A DNA stretch of 64,000 bases, from assembly GCF_009914755.1 (NCBI RefSeq), contig NC_060934.1. One strand, given 5' to 3'. The notes below the pieces were generated by a model. It searched no databases and had not been told where the DNA came from. It saw only the letters and a program-made list of their open reading frames with translations. Position numbers and translations under genes: made by a program. Every line of letters begins with the position of its first letter. Position 1 is the stretch's first letter. Below, in pieces: positions 14,229 to 26,298 of this stretch. The stretch is from the human T2T-CHM13v2.0 reference genome, Homo sapiens.

Positions 14229-17200
14229 GCCTCAAAGAGGTCCAAATATCCACTTGCAGACTTTACAAACAGAGTATTTCATAACTACTCTATCAAAAGA
14301 AAGGTTAAACTCTGTGAGTTGAACGCACACATCACAAAGTAGTTTCTGAGAATGATTCTGTCTAGTTTTTATACAAAGATATTTCCTTTTCTACCATTGG
14401 CCACAAAGCGCTTTAAGTCTCGACTTGCAAATTCTACAAAAAGAGTGTTTCAAAACTGCTCTATTGAAAGGAAGGTTCAACGCTGTGAGTAGAATGCACA
14501 CATCACAAAGAAGTTTCTGAGAATTCTTCTGTCTACTTATATATGAAGAAACCTGTTTCCAACAGAGGCCTCAAAGAGGTCCAAATATCCACTTGCAGAT
14601 TCTACAAAAAGAGGGTTACAAAATTGCTCTATCAAAAGAAAGCTTAAACTCTGTGAGGTGAACACACACATCACAAAGTGGTTTCTGAGAATGATTCTGT
14701 CCAGTTTTTCTATGAAGATAATTCGTTTTCTAGCAGAGGCTTCAAAGCAGTCTAAATATGCACTTCGAAATTACACAAAAAGAGTTTCAAAACAGCTCTA
14801 ACGAAAGGAGGATTCAAAACTGTGTGTTCAATGCACACATCACAGAGAAGATTCTCAGAAATCTTAAGTCTAGTTTTATATGAAGAAATCCCATTTCCAA
14901 CGAAGGTCTCAAAGAGGTCCAAATATCCACTTGCAGACTTTACAAACAGAGTGTTTCAAAGCTCCTCTATCAAAAGAAAGGTTAAATTCTGTGAGTTGAA
15001 CTCACACATCACAAAGTAGTTTCCGAGAATGATTGTGTCTAGTTTTTATACCAAGATATTTCCTTTTCTGCCATTGGCCACAAAGCGCTTTAAATATCCA
15101 CTTGCAAATTCTACAAAAAGAGTGTTTCAAAACAGCTCTATCTAAAGGAAGGATCAACTCGGTGAGTTGAATACACTCAACAAAAAGAAGCTACTGAGAA
15201 TTCTTCTATCTAGCTGTATAGGAACAAATCCCGTTTCCAAAGAAGGCCTCAAAGAGGTCCAAATATCCACTTGCAGATTCTGCAAAAAGAGTGTTTCAAA
15301 ACCGCTCTATCAAAAGGAATGTTGAACTCTGTGAGTTGAATGCAAACATCACAAATTAGTTTCTGAGAATGCTTCTGTCTAGTTTTTAGGGTAAGATATT
15401 TCATTTTCTACAATAGGCCACAAAGCCCTCTAAATATACATTTGCAAATTCTACAAAAAGAGTGTTTCATATCTGCACTATCAAAAGAAAGGTAAAACTC
15501 TGTGAGTTGAACTCACACATCACAAAGTAGTTTCTGAGAATGATTCTGTCTAGTTTTTATACGAAGATATACCCTTTTCTACCATTGTCCCACTTTAAAT
15601 GTCCACTTGCAAATTCTACAAGGAGAGTGTTTCAAAACTGCTACATCAAAAGAAAGGTTAAAATCTGTGAGTTGAAAACACACATCACAAAGCGGTTTCT
15701 GAGAATGACTCTGTCTAGTTTTTATATGAAGATATTTCATTTTCTACCATAGGCTTCACAGCATTCCAAATATGCACTTGGAAATTCTACAAAAAGTGTG
15801 TGTCAAAACTGTTCTATTGAAAGGAAGGTTCAACACTGTGAGTTCAATGCACACACCAGAAAGAAGTTTCTCAGAATTCTTCTTTCTAGTTTTATATGAA
15901 GAAATCCCATTTCCAACGAAGTCCTCAAAGAGGTCCATATATCCACTTGCAGACTTTACAAACAGGGTTTCAAAGCGGCTATATCAAAAGAAAGGTTAAA
16001 CTCCGTGAGTTGAACACACACAGCACAAATTAGTTTCTGAGAATGATTCTGTCTAGTTTTTATACAAAGATATTCCCTTTTCTGACATAGGTCTCAAAGC
16101 GCTTGAAATCTACACTTGCAAATTCTAGAAAAAGAGTGTTTCAAATCTTCTCTATCTAAAGGAAAGTTCAACTCTGTGAGTTCAATACACTCAACACAAA
16201 GAAGCTACTGAGAATTCTTCTGTCTAGCTTTATATGAAGAAGTCCCATTTCCAAAAAAGACCTCAATAGTTCCAGATATCCATTTACAGATTCTAGAAAA
16301 AAAGTGTTTCAAAACAGCTCTATCAAGAGGAATGTTGACCTTTTGATAGAGTAGTTTCTGAGACTACTTCTGTCTAGTTTTTATACGAAGACATTTCGTA
16401 TTTATACGAAGATATGACGTTTTCTACCATTGGTCTCAAAGTGCTTTAAATCTCCACATGCAAATTCAAAAAAATGAGATTTTCAAATCAGCTCTATCTA
16501 AAGGAAGGTTCAACTCTTTGAGTTGAATACACACAACACAAATAAGTTTCTGAGAATGATTCTGACTGGTTTTTATACGAAGATATTTCCTTTTCTACCA
16601 TTGGCCTCAAAGTGCTTTAAATCTCCACTTGTAAATCCTACTAAAAGAGTGTTTCAAATCTGCTCTATCTAAATGAAGGTTCAACTCTCTGAGTTGAATA
16701 CACTCAACACAAAGTAGTTACTGAGAATTTTTCTGTCTAGTTTTATATGAAGAAATCCCATTTCCAATGAAGGCCTCAATGATGACAAAATATCCACTTG
16801 CAGACTTTACAAACAGAGTGTTTCCAAACTGCTCTATCAAAAGAAAGGTTAAACTCTGTGAGTTGAATGCACGCATCACAAAGCAGTTTCTGAGATTGAT
16901 TCTGTCTAGATTTTATACGAAGATATTTCCTTTTCTACCATTGGACTAAAAGCGCTTTGACTCTCCACTTGCAAATTCTACAAAAAGAGTGTTTCAAATC
17001 TGCTCTATCTAAAGGAAGGTTCAAGTCTGTGAGTTGAATACTCTCAACACAAAGAATTTACTGAGAATTTTTCTGTCTAGTTTTAAATGACTAAATCCCG
17101 TTTCTATGAAGGCCTCAAAGAGGTCCAAATATCCACTTGCAGATTCTACAAAAACAATGTTTCAAAACTGCTCTATCAAAAGGAATGTTGAACTCTGTGG

Positions 17201-18279
17201 GTTGAATGCAAACATCACAAATTAGTATCAGAGAATGCTTCTGTTTAGTTTTTATGGTAAGATATTTCCTTTTCTAGCATAGGCCCCAAAGCCCTCTAAT
17301 TACACCCGTGCAAATTCTACGAAAAGAGTGTTTCATAACTGCTCTATCAAAAGAAAGGTTAAACTCTGTGAGTTGAACGCACACATCACAACATGGTTTC
17401 TGAGAGTGATTCTGTCTAGTTTTTATACGAACATATTTCGTTTTCTACCTCAGGCTTCAAAGCACTGTAAGTATGCACTTGGAAGTTCTACAAAAAGAGT
17501 CTTTGAAAACTGCTCTTTTGAAAATAAGGATCAACTCTCTGAGTTCAATGAACCCATCACAAAGAAGATTCTCAAAATTCTTCTGTCCTGTTTTGTAGGA
17601 AGAATTCCCGTTTCCAATGAAGGCCTCAAAGAGGTCAAACTGCCCACTTACAGACTTTACAAACAGAGAGTTTCAAAACTGCTCTATCAAAAGAAAGGTT
17701 AAATTCTGTGAGTTGAACGCACACATCACAAAGTAGTTTCTGAGAGTGAATCTGTCTAGTTTTTATATGAAGATATTTCCTTTTCTACCATAGGCCTCAA
17801 AGCGCTTTAAATATCCACTTGCAAATTCTACAAAAGGAGTGTTTCAAATCTGCTCTCCCTAAAGGAAGGTTCAACTCTGTGAGTGGAATGCACACATCAC
17901 AAAGAAGTTTCTCAGAATTCTGTCTTGTTTTATATGAAGAATTCCCATTTCCAACGAAGTCCTGAAAGAGATCCAAATATCCACTTGCTTACTTTACAAA
18001 CAGAGTGTTTCAAAACAGCTCTTTCACAAGAAAGGTTAAACTCTGTGAGTTGAACACACACATCACAAAATAGATTCTGAGAATGATTCTATCTAGTTTT
18101 TATATGAAGATATTTCTTTTCACATATAGGCCTAAAAGTTCTCAAAATATTAACTTGGAAATTCTACAAAAAGAGTGTTTCAAAACTGCTCTATCGAAAG
18201 AAAGGTTCAACACTTTGAGTTGAATACACAAATCCAAAGAAGTTTCTGAGAATTCTTCTGTCTAGTTTTATAAGAAGAA

Positions 18280-18296
18280 ACCCGTTTCCAACGAAG
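18280..18296 (-). promoter_or_regulatory. CENP-B box (core intact)
   Basis: ACCCGTTTCCAACGAAG; the TTCG....A..CGGG core is present on -. Confidence 0.88.
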
Positions 18297-21200
18297 GCCT
18301 CAAAGAGGTCCAAATATCCACTTGCAGATTCTACAAAAAGAGGGTTTCAAAACCACTCTATCAAAAGAAAGTTTAAACTCTGTGAGATGAACACACACAA
18401 CACAAAGTGGTTTCTTAGAATGATTCTGTCTCGTTTTTATAAGAAGATAATTCATTTTCTACCATAGGCTTCAAAGCAGTCTATGCACTTGTAAATTCTA
18501 CACAAAGAGTGTTTCACAACAGCTCTAAAGAAAGGAGGGTTGAAAATTGTGAGTTCAATGCACAAATCACAGAGAAATTTCTCAGAATTCTTCTGTCTAG
18601 TTTTATATGAAGAAACCCCGTTTCCAATGAAGGCCTCAAAGAAGTCCAAATATCCACTTGCAGACTTTACACACACAGTGTTTCAAAACTGCTCTATCAA
18701 AAGAAAGGCTAAACTCTGTGAGATGAATGCACACATCACAAAGTAATTTATGAGAATAATTCTGTCTAGTTTTTATACGAAGATATTTCCTTTTCTAACA
18801 CTGGCCTCAAAGTGCTTTAAATCTCAACTTGCAAATTCAACAAAAAGAGTGTTTAAAATCTTCTCTATCTAAATGAAGCTTCAACTCTGTGAGTTGAATA
18901 CACACAACACAAACAAGTTACTGAGAATTTTTCTGTCTAGTTTTATATGAACAAATCTCATTTCCAATGAAGGCCTCAAAGAGGTCCAAATATCCACTTG
19001 CAGATTCTACAAAAAGAGTGTTTCAAAACTGCTCTATCAAAAGGAATGTTGAACTCTGTGAGTTGAATGCAAACATCACAAATTAGTTTCTGAGAATGCT
19101 TCTGTCTAGTTTTCATGGTAAGCTATTTCCTTTTCCACAATAGGCCACAAAGCCCTCTAAATACACCCTTGCAAATTCTACAAAAAGAGTGTTTCATAAC
19201 TGCTCTATCAAAAGAAAGGTTAAACTCTGTGAGTTGAACGCACGCATCACAACGCGGTTTCTGAGAATGATTCTGTCTAGTTTTTATATGACGATATTCC
19301 GTTTTCTGCCATAGGCTTCAAAGCACTCTAAGTATGCACTTGGAAGTTCTACAAAGGAGTGTTTCAAAACTGCTCTTTTGAAAGTACGGTTCAACATTGT
19401 GAGTTGAATGCACACATCCAAAAGGGGTTTCTCAGAATTCTTCTGTCTTGTTTTATATGAAGAATTCCCTTTTCAAATGAAGGCCTCAAAGACGTCCAAA
19501 TATCCACTTGCAGCTTCTACAAAATAAGTGTTTCAAAACAGCTGTATCAAAAACAATGTTGAACACTGTGAGTTGAACGAAAACATCCCAAAGTAGTTTC
19601 TGAGAATGAATCTGTCTGGTTTTTTATGAAAATGTTTACTTTTCTAACATAGGCCTCAAAGTGCTTTATAAATCCACTTGCAAATTCTACAAAAGGAGTG
19701 TTTCAAAACTGCTCTATCAAAAGAAATGTTAAACTCTGTGAGTAGAACACACACAACACAAAGTTGTTTCTGAGAATGATTTTGTCTACTTTTTATATGA
19801 AGATATTCCTTTTTTTACAATAGGCTTCAAAGCACTCTAAATATGCCCTTGGAAATTATGCAAAAAGTGTGTTTCAAAACTGCTCTATCGAAAGGATGGT
19901 TCAACTCAGTGAGTTGAATGCACACATCACAAAGAATTTTCTCAGAATTCTTCTGTCCAGTTTTATAAGAAGAAATCCCGTTTCCAAAGAAGACCTCAAA
20001 GAGGTCCAAATATCCACAGGTTTACTTTACAGAGTGTTTCAAAACAGCTCTTACAAAAGAAATGTTAAACTCTGTGAGTTTTACACACACATCACAAAAT
20101 TGATTCTCAGAATTATTCTATCTAGTTTTTATATGAGATATTTCCTTTCATAATATAGGCCTGAAAGTTCTCACAATATTTACTTTGAAATTCTACAAAA
20201 AGTGTGTTTCAAATCTGCTCTGCCAAAGGAAGTTTCAACTCTGGGAGATGAATCTCCACCTCAAAAGAAGTTTCTCAGAAATCTTCTGTCTACGTTTATA
20301 AGAAGAAATCCCATTTCCAATGAAGGCCTCAAAGAGGTCCAAATATCCACTTGCTTACTTTACAAACAGAGTGTTTCTAAACACCTCTTTCAAAATAAAG
20401 GTTAAACTATGTGAGTTGAATGCACACATCACAAAATAGATTCTGAGAATGATTCTTTGTAGTTTTTACATGAAGATATTCCTTTCCTCATATAAGCCTA
20501 AAAGTTCTCAGAATGTTAACTTGGAAATTCTACAAAAAGAGTGTTTCAAAACTCCTCTATCGAAAGTAAGGTTCAACACTGTGAGTTGAATACACACATC
20601 ACAAAGAAGATTCTGAGAATTCCTCTATCTAGTTTTGTATGAAGAAACCCGTTTCTAATGAAGGCATCAATGAGGTCCAAATATCCACTTGCAGATTCTA
20701 CAAAAAGAGGGTTTCAAAACTGCTCTATCAAAAGAAAGGATAAACTCTGTGAGGTGAACACACACATCACATAGTGGTTTCTGAGAATGATTCTGTCAAT
20801 TTTTTTATGAAGATAATTCCTTTTCTGCAATAGGATTCAAAGCAGACTAAATATGCACTTCGAAATTCTACAAAAACAGCGTTTCAAAACAGCTCTAAAG
20901 AAAGGAGGGTTCAAAACTGTGAGTTCAATGCACACCACAAAGAAGTTTCTCAGAATTCTTCGGTCTATTTTTATATGAAGAAATATCGTTTCCAATGAAG
21001 GCCTCAAAGAGGTCCAAATATCCACTTGCAGACGTTACAAACAAAGTGTTTCAAAACTTCTCTACCAAAAGAAAGGTTAAACTCTGTGAGTTGAACGGAG
21101 ACATCACAAAATAATTTCTGAGAATCATTCTTTCTAGTTTTTATACAAAGATATTTCTTTTTCTACCATTGGCCACAAAGTGTTTTAAATCTCCACTTGC

Positions 21201-21834
21201 AAATTCTACAAAAAGAGTGTTTCAAATCTGCTCTATCTAAAGGGAGGTTCAACTCTGTGAGTTGAATACACTCAACACAAAGAAGTTACTGAGAATTCTT
21301 CTGTCTAGCATTATATGAAGAAATCCCATTTCCATCGATGGCCTCAAAGAGGTTCAAATATCCACTTGCAGATTCCGCAAAAAGAGGGTTTCAAAAATGT
21401 TCTATCAAAAGGAAAGTTGAATTATGTGAGTTGAATGCAAACATCACAAAGTAGTTACTGAGAATGCTTCTGTCTAGTTTTTATGGTAAGATATTTCCTT
21501 TTCTACCATAGGCCACTAAGCCCTCTAAATACACCATTGCAAATACTACAAAGAGAGTGTTTCATAACTGCTCTATGGAAAGAAAGGTTAAACTCTGTGA
21601 GTTGAACGCACAGATCACAACGTGGTTTCTGAGAATGATCCTGTCTAGTTTTTACATGAAGATATTTCATTGTCTCCCGTAGGCTTCAAAGCACTTTAAG
21701 TATGCACTTGGAAGTACTACAAAAAGAGTGTTTGAAAACTGCTCTTTCAAAAGTAAGGTTCAACTCTGTGACTTGAATGCACACATCACAAAGAAGTTTC
21801 TCAGAATTCTTCGGTCTTGTTTTATATGAAGAAT

Positions 21835-21851
21835 TCCCGTTTCCAACGAAG
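21835..21851 (-). promoter_or_regulatory. CENP-B box (intact)
   Basis: TCCCGTTTCCAACGAAG. Confidence 0.92.
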
Positions 21852-22849
21852 GCCTCAAAGAGGTCGAAATATCCGCTTGCAGAATTTTCATACAGAGTGT
21901 TTCAAAACTGCTCTATCAAAAGAAAGTTTAAATTCTGTGAGTTGAACCCCCACATCACAAAGAAGTTTCTAAGAATGAATCTGTCTAGTTTTTGTATGAA
22001 GATATTTCTTTTTATATCGTAGGCCTCAAAGAGCTTCAAATATCCACTTGCAAATTATACCCAGTGTTTCAAAACTGCTCTATCAAAAGAAAGGTTAAAC
22101 ACTGTGAGTTGAATGCACAAATCACAAAGAAGTTTCTCAGAATTCTTCTGTCTAGATTTATAAGAAGAATTCTCGTTTCCAACGAAGGCCTTAAAGAGTT
22201 CCATATATCCACTTGCTTACTTTACTAAAAGAGTGTTTCAAAACAGCTCTTTCAAAAGAAACGTTAAACTCTGTGAGTTGAAGGCACACATCACAAAATA
22301 GGTTCTGAGAATGATTCTGTCTAGTTTTCATTTGAAGATATTTCCTTTTCTAATATAGGCATAAAAGTTCTCACAACATTAACTTCGAAATTCTACAAAA
22401 AGAGTGTTTCAAAACTTCTCTATCCAAAGTAAGGTTCAACACTGTGAGTTGAATACACACACCACAAAGAAGTTTCTAAGAATTCTTCTGTCTAGTTTTA
22501 TATGAAGAATCCCGTTTCCAATGAAGGCTTCAAAGAGGTCCAAATATCCACTTGTAGATTCTACAAAAAGAGGGTTTCAAAACTGCTCTATCAAAAGAAA
22601 AGTTAAACTCTGTGAAGTGAACACACACATCACAAAGTGGTTTCTGAGAATGATTCTGTCTAGTTTTTATATGAAGATAATTCGTTCTCTACAATAGGCT
22701 TCAAAGCAGTCTAAATATGCACTTGGAAATTCAACAAAAAGAGTGTTTCAAAACAGCTGTAACGAAAGGAGGGTTCAAAACTGTGAGTTCAATGCACACA
22801 TCACAAAGAAGTTTCTCAGAATTCTTCTGTCTAGTTTGATATGAAGAAA

Positions 22850-22866
22850 TCCCGTTTCCAGCGAAG
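22850..22866 (-). promoter_or_regulatory. CENP-B box (core intact, one non-core change)
   Basis: TCCCGTTTCCAGCGAAG. Confidence 0.85.
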
Positions 22867-23187
22867 GCCTCAAAGAGGTCCAAATATCCACTTGCAGACT
22901 TTACAAACAGAGTGTTTCCAAACTGCTCTATGAAAAGAAAGCTTAAACTCTGTGAGTTGAACGCACACATCACAAAGTAGTTTCTGAGAATGATTCTGTC
23001 TAGTTTTTATACGAAGATATTTCCTTTTCTTCCTTTGGCCTCAAAGCGCTTTCAATCTCCACTTGCATATTCCACAAAGAGTGTCTCAAATCTGCTCTGT
23101 CTAAAGGAAGGTTCAACTCTGTGAGTTGAATACACACAACACAAAGAAGTTACTGAGAATTCTTCTGTCTAACATTATGTGAAGAAA

Positions 23188-23204
23188 TCCCGTTTCCAAC
23201 GAAG
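23188..23204 (-). promoter_or_regulatory. CENP-B box (intact)
   Basis: TCCCGTTTCCAACGAAG. Confidence 0.92.
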
Positions 23205-25391
23205 GCCTCAAAGAGGTCCAAATATCCACTTGCAGATTCTGCAAAAAGAGTGTTTCCAAACTGCTCTATGAAAAGTAAGGTTAAACTCTGTGAGTTGAAT
23301 GCACACATCACAAAGTAGTTTCTGAGAATGATTCTGTCTAGTTTTTATACGAAGATATTTCCTTTTCTACCATTGGCCTCAAAGCGCCTGAAATCTCCAC
23401 TTGCAATTTCCAAAAAAAGAGTGTTTCAAATCTTCTCTGTCTAAAGGAAGGTTCAACTCTGTGAGTTGAATACACACAACGCAAAGAAGTTACTGAGAAT
23501 TCGTCTGTCTACCACTATATGAAGAAATCCCGTTCCAACGAAGGTCTCAAAGAGGTCCAAATATCCACTTGCAGATTCTGCAAAGAGTATTTCAAAACCG
23601 CTCTATCAAAAGGAATGTTGAACTCTGTGAGTTGAATGCAAACATCACAACTTAGTTTCTGAGAATGCTTCTGTCTAGTATTTATGTAAGATATTTCCTT
23701 TTCTACCATAGGCCTCAAAGCCCTCTAAATACACCCTGGCAAATTCTACAAAGAGAGTGTTCCATAACTGCTCTAATGAAAGAAAGGTGAAACTCTGTGA
23801 GTTGAATGCAGAGATCGCAACGTGCTTTCTGAGAAAGGTTCTGTCTAGTTTTTACATGAAGATATTAAGTTGTCTACCGTAGGCTTCAAAGCACTCTAAG
23901 TATGCACTTGGAAGTTCTACAAAAAGAGTGTCTGAGAACTGCTCTTTGGAAAGTAAGGTTCAACCCTGTGAGTTGAATGCACACATCACAAAGAAGTTTC
24001 TCAGAATTCTTCTGTCTAGTTTTATAAGAAAAATCCCGTTTCCAATGAAGGCCTCAAAGAGGTCAAAGTATCCACTTGCAGACTTTACAAACAGAGGGTT
24101 TCCAAACTGCTCTATGAAAAGAAAGGTTAAACTCTGTGAGTTGAACACACACATCACAAAGTAGTTTCTGAGAATGATTCTGTCTAGTTTTTATAAGAAG
24201 ATATTTCCTTTCCTACAATTGGCCTCAAAGCGATTGAAATCTGCACTTGAAAATTCCACAAAAAGAGTGTTTCAAATCTGGTCTGTCTAAAGGAAGGTTC
24301 AACTCTGTGAGTTGAATACACACAACACAAAGAAGTAACTGAGAATTCTTCTGTCTAGCATTATATGAAGAAACCCCGTTCCAACGAAGCCCTGAAGGAG
24401 GTCCAAATATCCACTTGCAGACTTTACAAACAGAGATTTTCCAAACTGCTCTATGAAAAGGATGGTTAAACTCTGCGAGTTGAATGTACACATCACAAAG
24501 AAGTTTCTGAGAATGATTCTGTCTAGTTTTTATACGAAGAAATTTCCTTTTCTACCATCGGCCTGAAAGCTCTTGAAATCTCCACTTGCAAATTCCACAA
24601 AAAGAGTGTTTCAAATCTGCTCTGTCTAAACGAAGGTTCAACTCTGTGAGTTGAATACAGCCAACCCAAAGAAGTTACTAAGAATTCTTCTGTCTAGCAT
24701 TATATGAAGAAATCCCATTTCCAACGAAGGCCTCAAAGAGGTCCAAATATCCACTTGCAGACTTAACAAACAGAGTGTTTCCAAACTGCTCTATGAACAG
24801 AAATGTTAAACTCTGTGAGTTGAACACACACATCACAAAGTAGTTTCTGAGAATGATTCTGTCTAGTTTTTATACGAAGATATTTCCTTTCTACCATTGG
24901 TCTCAAATCTCTTGAAATCTCCACTTGCAAATTCCACAAAAAGAGTGTTTCAAATCTGCTCTGTCTAAAGGAAGGTTCAACTCTGTGAGTTGAATACACA
25001 AAACGCAAAGCAGTTACTGAGAATTCTTCTGTCTAGCATTATATGAAGAAATCCCATTTCCAACGAAGGCCTCAAAGAGGTCAAAATATCCACTTGCAGA
25101 CTTTACAAACAGAGTGTTTCCAAACTGCTCTATGAAAAGACAGGTTAAACTCTGCGAGTTGAACATACACATCACAAAGTAGTTTCTGAGAATGATTCTG
25201 TCTAGTTTTTATAGGAAGATATTTCCTTTTCTACCATTGGCCTCAAATATCTTGAAATCTACACTTGCAAATTCCACAAAAAGCCTGTTTCAATTCTACT
25301 CTGTCTAAAGGAAGGTAGAACTCTGTGAGTTGAATACACTCAACCCAAAGAAGTTACTGACAATTCTTCTGTCTAGCATTATATGAAGAAA

Positions 25392-25408
25392 TCCCGTTTC
25401 CAACGAAG
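25392..25408 (-). promoter_or_regulatory. CENP-B box (intact)
   Basis: TCCCGTTTCCAACGAAG. Confidence 0.92.
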
Positions 25409-25812
25409 GGCTCAAAGAGGTCCAAATATCCACTTGCAGACTTTACAAACAGAGCGTTTCAAAACTGCTCTATGAAAAAAAAGGATAAACTCTGTGAGAT
25501 GAATGCACACATCACAAAGTAGTTTCTGAGAATGCTTCTTTCTAGTTTTTATACGAAGATATTTCCTTTTCTTCCATTGCCCCAATGCACTTGAAATCTC
25601 CACCTGAAAATTCCACAAAAAGAGAGTTTCAAATCTGCTGTGTCTAAAGGAAGGTTCAACCCTGCGAGTTGAATTAAACACAACACAAAGAAGTTACTGA
25701 GAAATCTTCTGTCTAGCATTATATGAAAAAATCCTCTTTCCATCGAAGGCCTCAAAGAGGTCCAAATATCCACTTGCAGACTTTACAAACAGAGTGTTTT
25801 GAAATTGCTCTA

Positions 25813-26104
25813 TGATCAAACCGGTTACTGAGGTTTGTGAATTCATCATGTAGTTCTCGTGTCATGGTTTTCAGCTGCATCAGGTCCTTTAAGGAATTCT
25901 CTGCATTCATTATTCTAGTTAGCCATTCATCTAATTTTTTGTCAAGGTTTTTAACTTCTTTGCCATGTGTGCGAACTTCCTCCTTTAGCTCGGATAAGTT
26001 TGATCATCGGAACACTTCTTCCCTCCACTCATCAAAGTCATTCTCCATCTAGCTTTGTTCCATTGCTGGTGTGAAGCTGCATTCCTTTGGAAGAGGAGAG
26101 GCAC
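25813..26104 (-). mobile_element. L1 ORF1 N-terminal/coiled-coil fragment (L1PA3/L1PA4-like)
   Basis: TAGTTCTCGTGTCATGGTTTTCAGCT...CAGGTCCTTTAAGG...TCAAAGTCATTCTCCATCTAGCTTTGTTCCATTGCTGG...GGAGAGGCAC matches the antisense of roughly ORF1 codons 16-113. Confidence 0.9.
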
Positions 26105-26109
26105 AATCA

Positions 26110-26298
26110 AGCAAGAACAACACAGAAGAAAAGAGAGAAGAATCAAATAGATGCAATTAAAAATGATAAAGGGGATATCACCACCAATCCCACAGAAATA
26201 CAAACTACCATCAGAGAATAATAAAAACACCTCTGTGCAAATAAACCAGAAAATCTAGAAGGAATGGATAAATTCCTCAACACATACTCCTTCCCAAG
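26110..26298 (+). mobile_element. L1 ORF2 fragment (region between EN and RT domains, includes the PIP-box position)
   Basis: AAGAAAAGAGAGAAGAATCAAATAGATGCA...GATAAAGGGGATATCACCACC...CTAGAAGGAATGGATAAATTCCTC translates [34 protein letters not shown]. Confidence 0.92.

Larger units (their letters stand above)
13641..25815 (-). repeat. CENP-B-box-type alpha satellite: divergent HOR-like array (SF01/SF1-like), ending in a J1/J2-like dimer
   Basis: B-type monomers (GAAGAAATCCCGTTTCCAACGAAGGCCTCAAAGAGGTCC) mostly alternate with A-type. From ~24,030 box positions recur every ~340 bp (24034, 24374, 24713, 25052, 25392, 25732) with SF1-type motifs CTCTGTCTAAAGGAAGG, AAGTTACTGAG and GACTTTACAAACAGAG. 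Confidence 0.9.

Noticed and set aside
1711-25815. 60-130 aa ORFs (NCSIKRKVQLCEMNAHITKK...)
   Set aside because: They are translations of alpha satellite monomers with no gene structure.
13641-25815. Active centromeric HOR array
   Set aside because: It spans only ~12 kb, the periods are irregular and divergent, and most CENP-B boxes are mutated.
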